Sequence record: MH791414.1
From: Aeromonas phage Aswh_1
Direction: 5' to 3' (one strand)
Length of the DNA: 24,000 nt
Every line of letters begins with the position of its first letter. Position 1 is the first letter of the stretch. The notes beneath the pieces were generated by a model, which searched no databases, was not told the DNA's origin, and saw only the letters and a program-made list of their open reading frames with translations. The position numbers were made by a program, and so were the translations under genes. Below are positions 22,362 to 24,000 of this stretch, in pieces.

Positions 22362-22727
22362 CTAGATATTTTTATTGAAGATGTATTTACTCTTCAATGT
22401 CCAATATTGACGGTCTTTGTGTGGAATGACATGGAACTCATAACGCTTCGGCGGTTCGATCAAGTCTATAACAGTACACAGACCCCATGACTCAAGAAGG
22501 GAAACGATGTCATCTCTACGGTCTATGTCTTCTTGTGAAATAACTACGTCTCTACCATCCCGGCGTAACAGTTCTTTGAAGTGGGCAATATAATAAAAGC
22601 CATTTTTCTGAATGATGTGGCAACTCTGCCACATATGTTTCGTTTCTCGATTTGCGATACCAATCCGGGTCAAAGTTTCACGGATCATCAAAAAGTCTTC
22701 AGTTTCTTCAATACCAATTCTAATCAT
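22362..22727 (-). CDS. regA: RegA-like translational repressor (121 aa)
   Basis: Closely follows T4 RegA: EDFLMIRETLTRIGIANRETK, QSCHIIQKNGFYYIAHFKELLRRDGRDV, EDIDRRDDIVSLLESWGL; located between gp62 and gp43 as in T4. Confidence 0.95.
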   Translation of the reverse strand: MIRIGIEETEDFLMIRETLTRIGIANRETKHMWQSCHIIQKNGFYYIAHFKELLRRDGRDVVISQEDIDRRDDIVSLLESWGLCTVIDLIEPPKRYEFHVIPHKDRQYWTLKSKYIFNKNI

Positions 22728-22733
22728 ATAATT

Positions 22734-23318
22734 TTACCATTTAGATGCGACTTTGTAAAGCCGTGCTTTTTCTGATTTATTAGGAAGGAAGCTAAGAAAT
22801 TCACAGTCTGGTGAATTTATCATACACTTCATTTCTTTTTTAACTTGGTTAAGTTCTTTTTCGTCATGCAGCTCTATAAATTCAGAGGCTTTCTTGTCGG
22901 ATACGTTATAATGGCGAGCCAATACTTTTACAATCAATTGATGGTCGTAATCACATTCCTGATTAATAGGCTTAACGAAAGGTAATTTGCATTTTGTAAT
23001 TGTATGATACAAATAATCATAATGCATTTGATCGGTTATATTACCAGCCCACATATTCAACTCAGAAGCGTATCCATTCATAGTTGGGTGATATGACAAA
23101 GCCCTATTAATGCTATATTGGTCGTAACTGGAAAATTCAAGGACGTTTTTATATCCAGTTTTCTCAGTTACATTTTTGATTATTTTATATAGGGCTTTTT
23201 CTTCGTCTTCCTTGAATTCTTTGCTAAGTTCTTTAACGCGAGCCCAATCTTTTGCATCCCAAGCTAGACGATGTTCATTTGGGGTTTCTAAACCTAGAAA
23301 TTCAAGACTCATTTCCAA
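22734..23318 (-). CDS. 62: sliding clamp loader small subunit, gp62-like (194 aa)
   Basis: NEHRLAWDAKDWARVKELSKEFKEDEE...NRALSYHP...DQMHYDYLYHTI...LARHYNV; positional conservation between gp44 and regA. Confidence 0.82.
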   Translation of the reverse strand: MEMSLEFLGLETPNEHRLAWDAKDWARVKELSKEFKEDEEKALYKIIKNVTEKTGYKNVLEFSSYDQYSINRALSYHPTMNGYASELNMWAGNITDQMHYDYLYHTITKCKLPFVKPINQECDYDHQLIVKVLARHYNVSDKKASEFIELHDEKELNQVKKEMKCMINSPDCEFLSFLPNKSEKARLYKVASKW

Positions 23319-24000
23319 TTAACCTCACATGCCAGATCAGAAAGCATATCCATCATATGGATTTCCAAATTCGGGACCTCATTAACATATTTCTGGTTTT
23401 CTGCAAGGATCTTGATCATCATTCGATAAGATTGACCGTGTACAAGGGGCTGTGCCCGTTCATAAAACGCATTAATAAAGGATGAATAATCAGAACATAG
23501 ATTCGGGACCATCATACGAATTTCAACCAGTTTCTTGGCTTTGATAAGCTCGAATAAGTGTTCCATTTCACGAGTGGACCGCATAGAGGAAGATAGAACA
23601 CCCTCATCGATATAGCCACACGAGCCATATTTGTCCATCTCAGTGATCACACTGCGAATATTCGGGAAGTTCTTTTTAACAAGGGTAGCAATCGCTCGCT
23701 TGTCTTTAACTTCAATACCTTCAGCCTCACAAATCGCCAAACAACGAACGATAGCTTCTTTCATCATCCGAGCTTCGTCGGCTTTAGCCAACTCCGGTGT
23801 ATCTTCTACAATTACCCCAAATTCAAATACCCGGAAACGAGATTTAACAGCGGAAGGAATAACTTCGGCGTTGTTACAAGTCATAATGATAGAACAGTTA
23901 TCACCGTATGCTTCCATCCAACTACGCAACTCTTCATGAACAGCTCGCATATTTTGGTTATCACCTTCGTCAATAATAATAACCTTACCACCTTTTTTAC
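23309..24000 (-). CDS. 44: sliding clamp loader ATPase, gp44-like, C-terminal part (gene continues beyond the window)
   Basis: The frame stays open upstream of the track Met: KKGGKVIIIDEGDNQNMRAVHEELRSWMEAYGDNCSIIMTCNNAEVIPSAVKSRF (Walker B, sensor 1, SRF region). Confidence 0.92.
   Translation of the reverse strand, partial: KKGGKVIIIDEGDNQNMRAVHEELRSWMEAYGDNCSIIMTCNNAEVIPSAVKSRFRVFEFGVIVEDTPELAKADEARMMKEAIVRCLAICEAEGIEVKDKRAIATLVKKNFPNIRSVITEMDKYGSCGYIDEGVLSSSMRSTREMEHLFELIKAKKLVEIRMMVPNLCSDYSSFINAFYERAQPLVHGQSYRMMIKILAENQKYVNEVPNLEIHMMDMLSDLACEVNWK

Noticed and set aside
23950-23953. Start codon of the clamp-loader ORF at 23950
   Set aside because: The frame remains open upstream and encodes the Walker B motif (KVIIIDEGD), so the Met at 23950 is internal and the gene is truncated by the window edge.

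Overview
The window is part of the early/replication region of a T4-superfamily (T4-like) tailed phage. Essentially every credible gene is on the minus strand; the plus-strand ORFs in the supplied track look like antisense noise. Read in transcription order (high to low coordinate), the recognisable backbone is: clamp-loader ATPase gp44 (truncated at the window edge), clamp-loader small subunit gp62, RegA, a family B DNA polymerase gp43 split into two ORFs with a short overlapping ORF between them, UvsX recombinase, several small hypotheticals, DnaB/gp41 helicase, gp61-type primase, a tandem pair of paralogous small proteins, dUTPase, DexA exonuclease, small hypotheticals, type II topoisomerase large subunit (unsplit gp39+gp60 layout), rIIA, rIIB, a DnaQ/RNase H-fold exonuclease with HTH and zinc ribbon, a GNAT-like protein and several tiny proteins. 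Most notable observations: (1) the rIIB-like protein has an extra N-terminal acyl-carrier-protein-like domain whose phosphopantetheine Ser is replaced by Glu; (2) the DNA polymerase is split in the fingers with a 90-codon ORF bridging the halves, and its catalytic motifs vary (SLYPHII, YCDTDS); (3) perfect hairpins sit at gene junctions, including one directly upstream of the polymerase ribosome-binding site and one spanning the rIIA/rIIB junction; (4) three zinc-ribbon microproteins fall below the 60-aa ORF cutoff; (5) a tandem paralogous pair lies next to the primase. Family assignments come from recalled motifs, not database searches.
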